A DNA stretch of 64,000 nucleotides, from NCBI GenBank assembly GCA_963674745.2, contig CAXXDV010000001.1:1536001-1600000 (forward strand), in the 5' to 3' direction. The notes beneath the pieces are model-generated. The model made no database searches and was not told the DNA's origin. It saw only the letters and a program-made list of their open reading frames with translations. Made by a program: the position numbers and the translations under genes. Origin of the DNA: Desulfosudaceae bacterium. Lineage in GTDB: Bacteria; Desulfobacterota; Desulfobacteria; Desulfobacterales; Desulfosudaceae. Below, one piece after another: positions 18,626-28,361 of this stretch (position 1 is the first letter of the stretch; each line of letters begins with the position of its first letter).

Positions 18626-18642
18626 AAGCATGTTTTCTAAAT

Positions 18643-19098
18643 ATGACACTGTCAGGGGGAAACCTCAAGAATTTTCTGGAGACAATCGTGACCGGACAAG
18701 AGTTTGCGACATTGCGCAAACAGTTTGATAAAACACAGAAAGAGATGGCCCAGTTGCTGGGTGTTTCCATCAAGGCGGTTCACAGTTATGAACAGGGCTG
18801 GCGTTCGGTTCCGGATCATGTGGAAAAGCAGTTGCTGTTGTTGACGGTCAGTCTCAGTCCGGGCCGGGCCGGTCAAAAGGACTGCTGGGTCGTCAACAAG
18901 TGTCCGACCCGGGTCAGGCGCCGGTGTCCGGCCTGGCAATTTAACCGGGGTTCCCTGTGCTGGTTGATCAACGGGACGATATGCAACGGCAGGGTGCATA
19001 AAACCTGGAAGGAAAAGATCCGGATGTGCCGCTCGTGTCCTGTCTTGACCACACTGCTGGAGGACGCCCCGAACGTAAAGCTGTTGAATATTAAATAA
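18643..19098 (+). CDS. XRE-type HTH regulator with a C-terminal Cys-rich (two-CW-like) domain
   Basis: LRKQFDKTQKEMAQLLGVSIKAVHSYEQGWR HTH; CW...CP...CPAW...LCW...GTIC...CRSC. Start codon uncertain. Confidence 0.8.
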   Translation: MTLSGGNLKNFLETIVTGQEFATLRKQFDKTQKEMAQLLGVSIKAVHSYEQGWRSVPDHVEKQLLLLTVSLSPGRAGQKDCWVVNKCPTRVRRRCPAWQFNRGSLCWLINGTICNGRVHKTWKEKIRMCRSCPVLTTLLEDAPNVKLLNIK

Positions 19099-19143
19099 GA
19101 GGAACTCGTAAAAAGTCATAATTGGGCTTTTTATGAAGCCATC
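19099..19143. mobile_element. collapsed MITE-like remnant (ends only), related to 45220-45344
   Basis: GAGGAACTCGTAAAAAGTC ... GGCTTTTTATGAAGCCATC imperfect inverted ends resembling GATGGCCAAGTAAAACGT. Confidence 0.45.
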
Positions 19144-19161
19144 AAAAAAGGAGCGGGTCAA

Positions 19162-20421
19162 ATGAACGATACATCCCGTCCGGCCTTTCATACCCGGGTG
19201 GTACATCACACCCCGCCGGAAGACCGGTGGCAGGGCGCCACGTTGCCGCCCATTTTTCAGAACGCGGCCTTTGCCCACAAGACAGCGGAAAATCTGAGCC
19301 AGACCTTTGCCGGCCAAACCGGCGACCCGGTTTATTCCCGGCTGACCAACCCGACCAACCAGGCCCTGGAGAAAGTTCTGGCCGACCTGGAAGGCGGGGC
19401 CGGCGCCATTGTTATGGCTTCGGGAATGGCCGCGGTGACCAATACCTGCATGGCCCTGCTGCGGACCGGCGATGAATTCCTGGCCGGGACCTCTTTGTTC
19501 ATGTCGACCTATCAGCTGTTTACCGGTGTGTTTAAAAAATACGGCATCACGGCCAAACCGTTGGATACCCTTGACCCGGCCGGACTGAAGACGGCCGCGA
19601 ATGACAAAACCCGGTTTGTATACCTGGAAACCATCGGCAATCCGGCCCTGGATGTCCCTGATATCCGGGCCATGGCCGACGCGGCCCATACTTTCGGCCT
19701 GCCCCTGGTGGTGGACAATACCCTGGCCTCGCCGTTTTTGTGTCGACCCCTTGAACTGGGGGCGGATGTGGTGGTTTATTCCACCACCAAGTATTTGTGC
19801 GGCCACGGGGCAGCCGTCGGCGGTGCCGTGGTTGACGGCGGCACCTTTGACTGGAACAAAGAGCGCTTTACCGATTTCGCGCCCTTTGTGGAAAGAAAAG
19901 GACCTCTGGCCCTGCTCGACAGGATCTGGCGGGAGCATCACATCAACTTCGGCACCACCCAGGCCCCTCTCCACGCCTACCTGACCCTGATCGGTATCGA
20001 CACCCTGGCCCTCCGCATGGAACGCCACCTGTCCAATGCCATGGCCGTTGCCCGGTTTCTGGAAAAACGGCCCGAGGTGGCCTGGGTGAATTATCCCGGC
20101 CTTGACGATCACCCCTGCCACGAGACAGCCAACCGCCAGTTCGGCGGTCTGGGCTTCGGCGGCCTGCTGACGTTCGGTCTCAAAGACCAGGCCGCCTGCT
20201 TTGATTTTATCAACCACCTGAAGCTGATCCGGCACCTGGCCAACCTGGGGGATTGCCGGACCCTGATCATTCACCCGTTTTCAACCCAGTACGTGTCGTT
20301 TGACGACGCCGTTCGAAAACGGATGGCCATCGGGCCGGAAATGCTGCGACTGTCGGTCGGTATCGAGGCGGTCGATGATATTTGTGCCGATATCGGACAG
20401 GCCCTGGAGAATGCCGGATGA
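19162..20421 (+). CDS. metY: O-acetylhomoserine sulfhydrylase (Cys/Met PLP family)
   Basis: [32 protein letters not shown] (PLP Lys), [15 protein letters not shown]; operonic with metX. Confidence 0.85.
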   Translation: MNDTSRPAFHTRVVHHTPPEDRWQGATLPPIFQNAAFAHKTAENLSQTFAGQTGDPVYSRLTNPTNQALEKVLADLEGGAGAIVMASGMAAVTNTCMALLRTGDEFLAGTSLFMSTYQLFTGVFKKYGITAKPLDTLDPAGLKTAANDKTRFVYLETIGNPALDVPDIRAMADAAHTFGLPLVVDNTLASPFLCRPLELGADVVVYSTTKYLCGHGAAVGGAVVDGGTFDWNKERFTDFAPFVERKGPLALLDRIWREHHINFGTTQAPLHAYLTLIGIDTLALRMERHLSNAMAVARFLEKRPEVAWVNYPGLDDHPCHETANRQFGGLGFGGLLTFGLKDQAACFDFINHLKLIRHLANLGDCRTLIIHPFSTQYVSFDDAVRKRMAIGPEMLRLSVGIEAVDDICADIGQALENAG

Positions 20422-21578
20422 GCGAATATATCGAACACGACAGAAACGGCCGCTCGGTTGGACTGGTGGAAAAACAGTATTTCACCTTTGCCGGCCCGCC
20501 GGATGAAATGGGGCTTGAAAGCGGCGCCGGCCTGGGGCCGGTTACCCTGGCCTATGAAACCTATGGCGCGCTTAACGCCGATAAAAGCAACGCCGTACTG
20601 GTGGCCCATGCCCTGACCGGGGATTCCCATGCCGCGGGTTATTTCAACGAAAGTGACGCCAAGCCCGGCTGGTGGGACATTATGATCGGGCCGGGCAAGG
20701 GCATCGATACCGACAGGTATTTTGTCATCTGTTCCAACGTCGTCGGCGGCTGCATGGGTTCCACCGGCCCATCGTCCATCAATCCGGCCACGGACAGGCC
20801 TTATGCCGGTAATTTTCCGGTTATTACCATCGGCGACATGGTCAAGGCCCAGAAAGCCCTGGTCGACCATTTGGGTATCGAGCAACTGCTGTCGGTGGTG
20901 GGCGGCTCCATGGGCGGCATGCAGGTGCTGGAATGGAGCATGCAATATCCGGAAATGGTGGTTTCGGCCATTCCTCTGGCCACCACGACCCGTCACTCGG
21001 CCCTGGCCATTGCCTTTAACGAGGTGGCCCGGCAGGCCATCATGGCCGATCCGAACTGGAACCGGGGTGACTATTACAATGGTCAGAAGCCGGACATGGG
21101 CCTGGCCGTGGCCCGCATGATCGGCCATATTACCTATCTGTCGGACGAGGCCATGCGCCAGAAATTCGGAAGGCGGCTACAGGAAAAAACAGCCGTTTCT
21201 TTCGGCTTTGATGCCGACTTTCAGGTGGAAAGCTACCTTCGCTACCAGGGGGCCCGTTTCGTGGAGCGGTTTGACGCCAATTCCTTTCTTTACATCACCC
21301 GGGCCGCCGATTATTTTGACCTGGAAGACCAGCACGGCGGCGGCTTGGCCGTGGCGGCTTTTGAAAAAACCCGGGCCCGTTTTCTGGTGATCTCCTTTAC
21401 GTCGGACTGGCTCTATCCCACTTACCAGTCCAGGGCCATGGTGACCGCCATGAAAAAGAACGGTCTGGACGTCAGTTTCTGTGAAATAGAGGCCGAATGG
21501 GGCCATGACGCTTTTCTGGTCCCCAACCCGCGCTTGAGCGCACTGATAAGAGGTTTTCTGGACAGTGTATCCATCTGA
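20418..21578 (+). CDS. metX: homoserine O-acetyltransferase
   Basis: [14 protein letters not shown] nucleophile, RFDANS, SDWLYP, GHDAFL; ATGA overlap with the metY stop. Confidence 0.93.
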   Translation: MSEYIEHDRNGRSVGLVEKQYFTFAGPPDEMGLESGAGLGPVTLAYETYGALNADKSNAVLVAHALTGDSHAAGYFNESDAKPGWWDIMIGPGKGIDTDRYFVICSNVVGGCMGSTGPSSINPATDRPYAGNFPVITIGDMVKAQKALVDHLGIEQLLSVVGGSMGGMQVLEWSMQYPEMVVSAIPLATTTRHSALAIAFNEVARQAIMADPNWNRGDYYNGQKPDMGLAVARMIGHITYLSDEAMRQKFGRRLQEKTAVSFGFDADFQVESYLRYQGARFVERFDANSFLYITRAADYFDLEDQHGGGLAVAAFEKTRARFLVISFTSDWLYPTYQSRAMVTAMKKNGLDVSFCEIEAEWGHDAFLVPNPRLSALIRGFLDSVSI

Positions 21579-22218
21579 CGATAATACCAATACCACCGAT
21601 TTCAAATCAAAGATGCGTTTTGATTTGTCCATCATCGCCTCCTGGATCGAGCCGGGATCCCGGATCCTGGGCCTGGGCTGCGGCGAAGGAGAGCTGCTCC
21701 ATTTTTTAAAAACCAGAAAGCAGGTAAGGGAGACGGGCATCGAAATCGTCGAATCCCGCGTGGCCCGGTGCATTGAAAAAGGGCTGTGCGTGCTTCAGGG
21801 GGATATCAACCGGGAAGTGGAAGATTATCCGGACAATGCCTTTGATTACGTTATTCTGAGCCAGACCCTTCAGCAGGTGTATGACCCGCAACAGTTGATT
21901 AAATCGATGCTGCGGGTGGGAAGAAAAGCCGTGGTCAGTTTTCCCAATTTCGGTCACTGGCGAATACGGACCCAATTGCTGTTCTCGGGGCGCTCTCCGA
22001 TTACCGAGCAACTTCCCTATCAGTGGTATGATTCGCCCAATATCCGGGTACTGAGCATCCGGGATTTTCGCATCTTCGCCCGGGCCATGGGCATGCGCAT
22101 TGTCAGGGAGGTCGCCACTTCACCGGGGCGAACCGCCGACACGGGAACCATTGTCCGGTTGGCGCCCAACCTGATGGCCACCTACGGCATTTTTCTGCTT
22201 GAAAAAGACCGCCCCTGA
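21565..22218 (+). CDS. metW: methionine biosynthesis protein MetW
   Basis: LGCGEG SAM-binding motif, [30 protein letters not shown]; follows metX. Confidence 0.9.
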   Translation: MYPSDDNTNTTDFKSKMRFDLSIIASWIEPGSRILGLGCGEGELLHFLKTRKQVRETGIEIVESRVARCIEKGLCVLQGDINREVEDYPDNAFDYVILSQTLQQVYDPQQLIKSMLRVGRKAVVSFPNFGHWRIRTQLLFSGRSPITEQLPYQWYDSPNIRVLSIRDFRIFARAMGMRIVREVATSPGRTADTGTIVRLAPNLMATYGIFLLEKDRP

Positions 22219-22340
22219 CCCCTTCCAAGGCGTTAAAAGGAGCAATCCCTCGTGGAAGCCCTGCCGCCGTTAACCAGCCCTCGAAAAATACTTGAAAAGG
22301 GTTTTGGTATGACATATTATCATACTCGGAGGTGATAAAA

Positions 22341-22583
22341 ATGGCAGCATCAAAGATTGCAATTACAATGGATGACAAGACGTTAAAACGGCTTGATTCT
22401 CTCGTGAAGTCCAAATTTTTTCCAAATCGCAGCAATGCGATTCAGCAAGCAGTTACTGAAAAACTGAATCGAATTGACAAAAGCCGTCTTGCCCATGAGT
22501 GCGCCAAACTTGACCCGGAATTCGAACAATCTCTAGCTGAGGAAGGATTCTCATCGGAGCTGGAAGAATGGCCAGAATATTAA
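22341..22583 (+). CDS. ribbon-helix-helix (CopG-like) antitoxin
   Basis: KIAITMD...[23 protein letters not shown]; overlaps the toxin gene; operator palindrome GTATGA-N7-TCATAC at 22307-22325. Confidence 0.85.
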   Translation: MAASKIAITMDDKTLKRLDSLVKSKFFPNRSNAIQQAVTEKLNRIDKSRLAHECAKLDPEFEQSLAEEGFSSELEEWPEY

Positions 22584-22906
22584 GGGGAGACATCCACTGG
22601 GCAGATTTAAATCCAGTTATTGGAAGTGAACAGGGCGGTTTACGCCCGGTTCTTATTTTAAGCCACAATGTGTTTAATGAGAGATCCGGAACGGTCATTG
22701 CCGTTGCAATTACCAGCCAGCCGCAAAAAGCTGGCTACCCATTGACCTTGGAGCTTGAAACATCGGGGCTCCCAAAAAAATCCTGGGTAAAAATCAGTCA
22801 AATTCGAGTTCTTTCCAAAAAGCGAATTGGGAAAAAGATTACAAAAGCATCTGATGAAGAACTGGCGCTCATTATAGATGGTTTAAATGAAATAATTGGT
22901 GGTTAA
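22568..22906 (+). CDS. mazF: MazF/PemK family endoribonuclease toxin
   Basis: [43 protein letters not shown]. Confidence 0.92.
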   Translation: MARILRGDIHWADLNPVIGSEQGGLRPVLILSHNVFNERSGTVIAVAITSQPQKAGYPLTLELETSGLPKKSWVKISQIRVLSKKRIGKKITKASDEELALIIDGLNEIIGG

Positions 22907-22958
22907 CCAGTCACTGTTGCGGGCTTGCTTCACTCGCCGCAAAGTTCCGCCGTTATAC
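22901..22958 (+). mobile_element. integron attC recombination site (58 bp)
   Basis: R'' GGTTAAC overlaps the toxin stop; inner stem TTGCGG/CCGCAA; R' GTTATAC. R'' is the perfect complement of GTTAACC at 22269-22275, the predicted cassette start. Confidence 0.75.
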
Positions 22959-22978
22959 GAAAAAAAACAAGACGGTTT

Positions 22979-23488
22979 ATGACGACGATTAAATCAATCA
23001 TTTTCATAATTCTATTGCCGGGCGCTGTGATGTTTTATGTCCCCTATTATTTAATATCTTTAAAATTTGAGTTGTTCTTCCCGGATACTGGCGCTTTCAG
23101 GTTCACGGGTTTAATACCGATTTCGACAGGAACGGCTATTGCCCTCTGGTGCGTTTGGGATTTTATAAATACCGGGAAAGGCACGCCTGCCCCGATTGAC
23201 CCGCCTAAATATCTTGTGGTTAAAGGCCTTTATCGTTTAACACGGAATCCGATGTATGTTGGCGTTTTATTCGTCTTGTTCGGCGAAGCGCTGCTTTTTG
23301 AATCGACGGCATTAATCATTTATTCATTTCTTGTGTGGCTCCTGTTTTATTCCTTTGTGATGTTATATGAAGAACCGACCTTAAAAGGTAAATTCGGGGA
23401 CGCTTATTTACAGTATATTGACGCTGTGCCGAGATGGTTGCCTGACATTCATTTGTTTATGAAAACGTTGAACAGAAAAAACCAGTAA
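22979..23488 (+). CDS. isoprenylcysteine carboxyl methyltransferase/PEMT family membrane protein
   Basis: GKGTPAPIDPPKYLVVKGLYRLTRNPMYVG, EEPTLKGKFGDAYLQY...VPRW; AT-rich. Confidence 0.85.
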   Translation: MTTIKSIIFIILLPGAVMFYVPYYLISLKFELFFPDTGAFRFTGLIPISTGTAIALWCVWDFINTGKGTPAPIDPPKYLVVKGLYRLTRNPMYVGVLFVLFGEALLFESTALIIYSFLVWLLFYSFVMLYEEPTLKGKFGDAYLQYIDAVPRWLPDIHLFMKTLNRKNQ

Positions 23489-23526
23489 AATTGTATAAAA
23501 AAACGTTCGACTTAAAAGGGGGGCAA

Positions 23527-23659
23527 GTGAAACGGATCGTCTTGTTTTTGATTTTGTTTGCTATTTTCCATCAAAAAGCAACGGATCCTTGGCCCGCTCG
23601 GCTATCTCCTCAAAGGGGCCTGGTGGACGGTTGAAAAACTGTTTGTGATTCAGGAATAA
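23527..23659 (+). pseudogene. probable gene remnant (internal deletion or frameshift)
   Basis: RBS plus GTG gives a signal-like MKRIVLFLILFAIF; a different frame gives protein-like ILGPLGYLLKGAWWTVEKLFVIQE-stop; the 133-nt span is not a multiple of 3. Confidence 0.35.
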
Positions 23660-23703
23660 GGAGTCGAACAATTCTCTCACCTGATCGGTTCCGAGGAAAA
23701 AAA

Positions 23704-24480
23704 TTGATCCGGAGGAGTTTGCCCAACCTTTTTGCTTTCGGGGTCGGGCTGGGCCTGGCTTATTTTTTGGAATGGGAGACCACGGACCTGGTCTGGAGCC
23801 TGTGGCTGTGCAGCCTGGTATTGGGATACCTTACAATCCTGTCGGCGATCGCCGGCGGTGCTTATATCGGGCTGTGTGTGATCGGGCATGAGGATTTCGA
23901 TCAGAAATATCGTATGCCGGCCATTTTTGCCGGAATCGGGATCGGCTTGTTTTTTCTGGGGTTCTTCTCGCTTCACTTCTGCGGTTTTCATGCCGGACAT
24001 TCGGTTTTCCTCAGACAGTTTTTTCCTGTTCCCGGTATGCCGGACGATGGGTTCGGCGCCGCATTCATGAATCCGCCGCTTCTGTGGATGCTGGTGTTCA
24101 GGCACCTGGTGATACCCTATGGCGTTTTCCTTGTTCCGGCGCTTATTGTGGAAAGAAAACATGTGTTCAAGCCGTTGATCAAGGCGGTTGGCACTGTGCG
24201 CAATGGTTTAAGCGCAGACCGCATGGTGGACGGGTTTAAAAACCTGAAGAAGAAAGGCAAAAACAATGCGCTTTTAAGTGATGCAATGGGCCGACCCTAC
24301 CTTAATGTTGTGCGCATGCACCTGCTGATATTCTTTTTCGCTTTTTGCCATTTCTTGAAGATCGATTCTTTTGTCGTTTATGCCGTTGTTTATGCCGTCT
24401 ATTTCTTCCCCTGGAACGAAATAAGGAACATCAAGAAGGAACGAAGCCGGGCACATGAAGGACTCGAACAGAGTTTGTAA
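23704..24480 (+). CDS. hypothetical integral membrane protein
   Basis: Multiple TM segments, GFHAGHSVF and PYLNVVRMH motifs; GAGG RBS before the TTG start. Confidence 0.75.
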   Translation: MIRRSLPNLFAFGVGLGLAYFLEWETTDLVWSLWLCSLVLGYLTILSAIAGGAYIGLCVIGHEDFDQKYRMPAIFAGIGIGLFFLGFFSLHFCGFHAGHSVFLRQFFPVPGMPDDGFGAAFMNPPLLWMLVFRHLVIPYGVFLVPALIVERKHVFKPLIKAVGTVRNGLSADRMVDGFKNLKKKGKNNALLSDAMGRPYLNVVRMHLLIFFFAFCHFLKIDSFVVYAVVYAVYFFPWNEIRNIKKERSRAHEGLEQSL

Positions 24481-24506
24481 TCGGTTTTTTTTGTATGTAA
24501 ATTACT

Positions 24507-25478
24507 TCATTTGTCTTTTTTATTGCCGATATAGAAGAATCGCTCCATGGGCCGGTGGAACGGGGTCCAGGTCTGTCCGGGTTCCTGCTGGGACATAAAG
24601 GCGCTTACGCCGACGATCTTGGCGTCGATTTCATCGATGTGATTCAACACCAGGGCTTCCAGTGTCTTGGGCGGTTCCGGAGACCCGAACTCCCGGTTGC
24701 CGTGATGGCTGGCGACCAGGTGCTTGAGTTGAAGCGCGGTTTCTTCGGGAAAAAACGCGCCCAGCTGTTCGAGCTTTTCTTCGATCATCAGAATGCCGCA
24801 GACAATATGGTTCAGCAGCCGGCCCTCGTCGGTGTAATCGATGGTCAGGGCGTAGCTGAATTCACGGGTTTTGCCGATATCATGAAGCATGGCTCCGGCC
24901 ACCAGCAGGTCCTGGTCCAGAACGCCGTCATAGCACTGGCAGACTTTCAATGCCAGCTCCACCACCGAAAGGGTGTGCTCGATCAGACCGCCCATGTAAG
25001 CGTGGTGCATCAGCTTGGCGGCCGGTGCCCGTTTGAATTGCTCTTCTACAAATTTTTTGTCGTCCCAGAAAAGCTTCAGCAACGTTTTTATCTGGCCGGA
25101 AGCCATCTTGTTGGTGATCTGGCGCAGACGGCTGAACATGGCGTCCACGTCTTTGTCGGTGGCCGGCAGAAAGTCGGCCGGGTCGATGCCGGTCGGCTCA
25201 ACGGCGGTCAGGTCCTTGACGGTCAGCTGCAGGGAGCTCTGGTATTCGGAAATATCGCCGCTCACGGCCACGCAATTGCCGGCCACGGCCGCGGTGCTGA
25301 TCCGGTCGACATTGTCCCAGGCCACGGCCGGGACACTGCCGGTCCGGTCGGTCAGGACCAGCCTCAAAAAACTGGCGCCGTCCTTTTTTTTGGCCGTGAT
25401 CAGCGAGGAAATGGCGAACACTTCCTTTTCGATTCTGTCCCCTTTGGTCAGGTCAGCTATAAATTTTTTTTTGGTCAT
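24507..25478 (-). CDS. yhaM: OB-fold + HD-domain 3'-5' exoribonuclease (YhaM/Cbf1-like)
   Basis: LTDRTG OB-fold, PAAKLMHHAYMGGLIEHT, LHDIGK, SHHG...GSP, DEIDAK. Confidence 0.85.
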   Translation of the reverse strand: MTKKKFIADLTKGDRIEKEVFAISSLITAKKKDGASFLRLVLTDRTGSVPAVAWDNVDRISTAAVAGNCVAVSGDISEYQSSLQLTVKDLTAVEPTGIDPADFLPATDKDVDAMFSRLRQITNKMASGQIKTLLKLFWDDKKFVEEQFKRAPAAKLMHHAYMGGLIEHTLSVVELALKVCQCYDGVLDQDLLVAGAMLHDIGKTREFSYALTIDYTDEGRLLNHIVCGILMIEEKLEQLGAFFPEETALQLKHLVASHHGNREFGSPEPPKTLEALVLNHIDEIDAKIVGVSAFMSQQEPGQTWTPFHRPMERFFYIGNKKDK

Positions 25479-25479
25479 C

Positions 25480-26250
25480 TCATTTCCGCAGTTTAATCTT
25501 CAGGTCAAGCTTGTTTAATTTTTTGATCATGTCGTCATCGGTCATATCACACCTTAAGGGGGAAACCGAAATATACCCTCTGCTCAGCGCCTCCCGGTCG
25601 GTACCACTGTTCTTCTTTACCTCGGGCGTACTGTAACCATACCAGTAATAGGCGCCGCCCCTGGGATCCCGGCGTTTTTCCACCCAGTCGCCCGGAAAGG
25701 CCATGTCCTGCCGGGTGACTTTGACGCCCTTGAATTCTTCTAAGGGGAGGTCAGGCATGTTTACGTTGATGAGCGTTTTATAGGAGAATCCAAGTGCGGT
25801 CATATTGTCCAGCAGCCGACCGGTGACAATCGCGGCGCTGTCAAAATGAGCCGGCGGTCTGCCGGCCATGGAAACCGCCATGGCGGGAATGCCGTTGATG
25901 CAGGCTTCCCTGGCGGCAGCCACGGTTCCGGAATAAAAGATGTTCACCCCGTCGTTTACCCCGGCATTAATGCCGGAAATCACCATATCCGGTCTGGTGT
26001 CCAGTAGTTTCAGCAGGGCCAGTTTGACACAGTCGGCCGGCGTGCCGAACACGGCATATCCCCGGCCGCTTCCGTCAAGGGCGACTTTTCTGGCACGCAA
26101 CGGTTCGTGCAGGGAAATGCTGTGACCGGTGGCGCTCTGTTCCATGGCCGGGGCGACCACCGTTACCGCATGTTTTTCCGACAACACCCTGTAGAGGGCT
26201 GCCAGACCGTCGGCATCCACCCCGTCATCATTGGTCAGGACAATATTCAT
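25480..26250 (-). CDS. surE: 5'/3'-nucleotidase SurE
   Basis: LTNDDG, EQSATGHS, GTPADCV, SGINAG, YSGTVAAA. Confidence 0.95.
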   Translation of the reverse strand: MNIVLTNDDGVDADGLAALYRVLSEKHAVTVVAPAMEQSATGHSISLHEPLRARKVALDGSGRGYAVFGTPADCVKLALLKLLDTRPDMVISGINAGVNDGVNIFYSGTVAAAREACINGIPAMAVSMAGRPPAHFDSAAIVTGRLLDNMTALGFSYKTLINVNMPDLPLEEFKGVKVTRQDMAFPGDWVEKRRDPRGGAYYWYGYSTPEVKKNSGTDREALSRGYISVSPLRCDMTDDDMIKKLNKLDLKIKLRK

Positions 26251-26262
26251 ATCAAACCGCTG

Positions 26263-27717
26263 TCATCCGACTTGCTCCGGGGGCTTCCAGCCGCCGAATA
26301 TTTTTTCGATGATTTCTGCCACGGCCAGGGTGAGATGATCATTCCAGCGGGCGGCGATGATCTGCACGCTGACGGGCAGACCGCCTTCGTTGTAGTAAAC
26401 GGGCATGACCGTTGAAGGAAAGCCCATCACGTTGATCAGGCCTGAATACCCGATGCCCAGCAGGTCGGCCCAGGCATAGCCGTGTTTGGGCGCCGGCGTG
26501 GAAAATATCGGGCAGATCAGGACCCCGTTGTCCCCCAGCCGCTCCTCGATCCGTTGACGAAGGTCATCGGCCAGGGCGAGGATTTTTTTGTTCCGTCCGG
26601 AAAACAGCTGCCCGGGTTTTTCAGCCAGGGAAACCGCCAGTCCCGGCAGGGTAATTTTGCCGCGCCGCAATATAAAGTTAAGGGTTTCATCCACCAGGGA
26701 TATGGCTTCGCCGTCACCCATGATATCGACGAAGGGATGCGGATTCTGGCTCATTCCGGCCTGCCAGATTTCCAGGGACCGGTTGACGCCTTTAGGCCGC
26801 CAGTATTCCACGGGCAGCCCCTGGGCGTGGAGGGCGCCGGCGCACATGTCTACCCCACGCCGGACATCGGCATTAACCCGGGCCATGCCGTTGGATTCAA
26901 AATAAAAAATTTTCAGATCTTTCTTTTTTACGCTCCTGGGAGACGTAAACCCCCGGTCTTCGACAATCGGATCTTTACCGTCCGGCCCCTGAATCAGTTT
27001 TAACAGGGGTGCCAGGTCGGCCACCCGCCGGGCCATGGGGCCATAGGTGTTGTATCTCGCGATGGGTCCCTTTGCTTCCGGCCAGTGACCGTAACCGGGC
27101 ACGCGGCCGCCGGTGGGCTTGTGGCCGGGAATGCCGTTAAAGGCCGATGGAAAACGGATGGAGCCGCCCACGTCGCTGCCTATGCCGAAGGGAGAAGCAC
27201 CCGAGGCGACAATGGCGCCTTCGCCTCCGGAAGAACCGCCCACGCCCCGGGAAAGGTCATAAGGGTTTTTGGAACGGCCGTAAACGTAGTTATAGCTTTC
27301 GATCCACATGGCCGCTTCGGGAACGTTGGTTTTGCCCATGATGATGGCCCCGGATTTTTTAACCCGCTCAACCACGGTGGCGTCAAAATCCGGAATCGTA
27401 TGGCGGCGTTTCCACAAACCGCCCGCCCAGGGAAGCCCGGCCATGGCATAGGTGTCCTTCATGGTGCAGGGTACACCGAAAAACGGGGGAAGTTTCGGTT
27501 TTTTTTTCTCCGCCAGAAGCGCCTCGGCTTTTTTCGCCTCCTCCCTGGCTTCGTCAAACCGGGGGACACACACGGCGTTGATTTTCGGGTTCACCGCTTC
27601 CATTCTGGCCAGGTGAACATCCATGACTTCTACCGGAGAAATCTCCTTTTTTTTGATTTTGTCCGCAATGGCCGTAGCCGACATGGTCAAGAGTTCGTTC
27701 ATCTTTTCCCTCATCAT
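26263..27717 (-). CDS. amidase-signature family hydrolase (FAAH-like)
   Basis: GVPCTMKD (Lys), GKTNVPE, GGSSGGEGA, GSDVGGSIR catalytic serines. Confidence 0.9.
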   Translation of the reverse strand: MMREKMNELLTMSATAIADKIKKKEISPVEVMDVHLARMEAVNPKINAVCVPRFDEAREEAKKAEALLAEKKKPKLPPFFGVPCTMKDTYAMAGLPWAGGLWKRRHTIPDFDATVVERVKKSGAIIMGKTNVPEAAMWIESYNYVYGRSKNPYDLSRGVGGSSGGEGAIVASGASPFGIGSDVGGSIRFPSAFNGIPGHKPTGGRVPGYGHWPEAKGPIARYNTYGPMARRVADLAPLLKLIQGPDGKDPIVEDRGFTSPRSVKKKDLKIFYFESNGMARVNADVRRGVDMCAGALHAQGLPVEYWRPKGVNRSLEIWQAGMSQNPHPFVDIMGDGEAISLVDETLNFILRRGKITLPGLAVSLAEKPGQLFSGRNKKILALADDLRQRIEERLGDNGVLICPIFSTPAPKHGYAWADLLGIGYSGLINVMGFPSTVMPVYYNEGGLPVSVQIIAARWNDHLTLAVAEIIEKIFGGWKPPEQVG

Positions 27718-27878
27718 GACAGCTTAAAAAGCGCATTAATCCGGGCCTTTTTACGCGGTCATTTCACCATACAGTTATTAATTAAAACGATTAAAAAGTA
27801 TTCTTACCAGATAAATGAAACAAGTTCAATGCGGCTGTGGTTTGTTGCTTCCAAACGGGCACCTCACGTCTGACCCGA

Positions 27879-28280
27879 TTAATCTGGTAAGGAAATCGGA
27901 CAGATAACCAGCCAGGCGCCGAAGGCCACGCACCAGATGTTGATGGCCGCCATACTGATCAGTTCGTCCAGCCCCAGGCCGTAGATGCCGTTCTGGAGGT
28001 TGAACGAGATGTCGATCACGCCCAGAAACAAAAGACCGCCGGCATTGACCAGGGACAGGGTCCGGCCGGCGGGCCGGCCGCGCAGCACCAGTATGCCGGC
28101 GGCGATCAACCCCAGGGCCAGCAGGCCGTCCGGGGGCGGAAAGGAGTGCTCGAAGGTCAGGTAGCAGGCCGGGGCGTTTTCCGGTACCAGGTTAAAAGAG
28201 AAAAAAGCGATCCAGAACAGAATAATGCCCGCGCCGGTCAATATCATCAGCCAGGCCCGGACAAGGTTAAGTTTTTGCAT
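27879..28280 (-). CDS. four-TM hypothetical membrane protein
   Basis: Four hydrophobic segments, FEHSFPPPD motif, GGAGG RBS. Confidence 0.75.
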   Translation of the reverse strand: MQKLNLVRAWLMILTGAGIILFWIAFFSFNLVPENAPACYLTFEHSFPPPDGLLALGLIAAGILVLRGRPAGRTLSLVNAGGLLFLGVIDISFNLQNGIYGLGLDELISMAAINIWCVAFGAWLVICPISLPD

Positions 28281-28361
28281 GATTAAGCCTCCCTCAAGAT
28301 TTGCGCGCCTTGATCTTTAACTTTTTACTTTGCCGCCTGAAATATAATATTTTCGAGATTG

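Noticed and set aside
18652..20274. 540-aa antisense ORF, and similar shadow ORFs opposite yhaM, cooS, the CDF and the amidase
   Set aside because: They lie opposite well-supported genes, lack motifs, and are expected from GC-rich third-codon bias.
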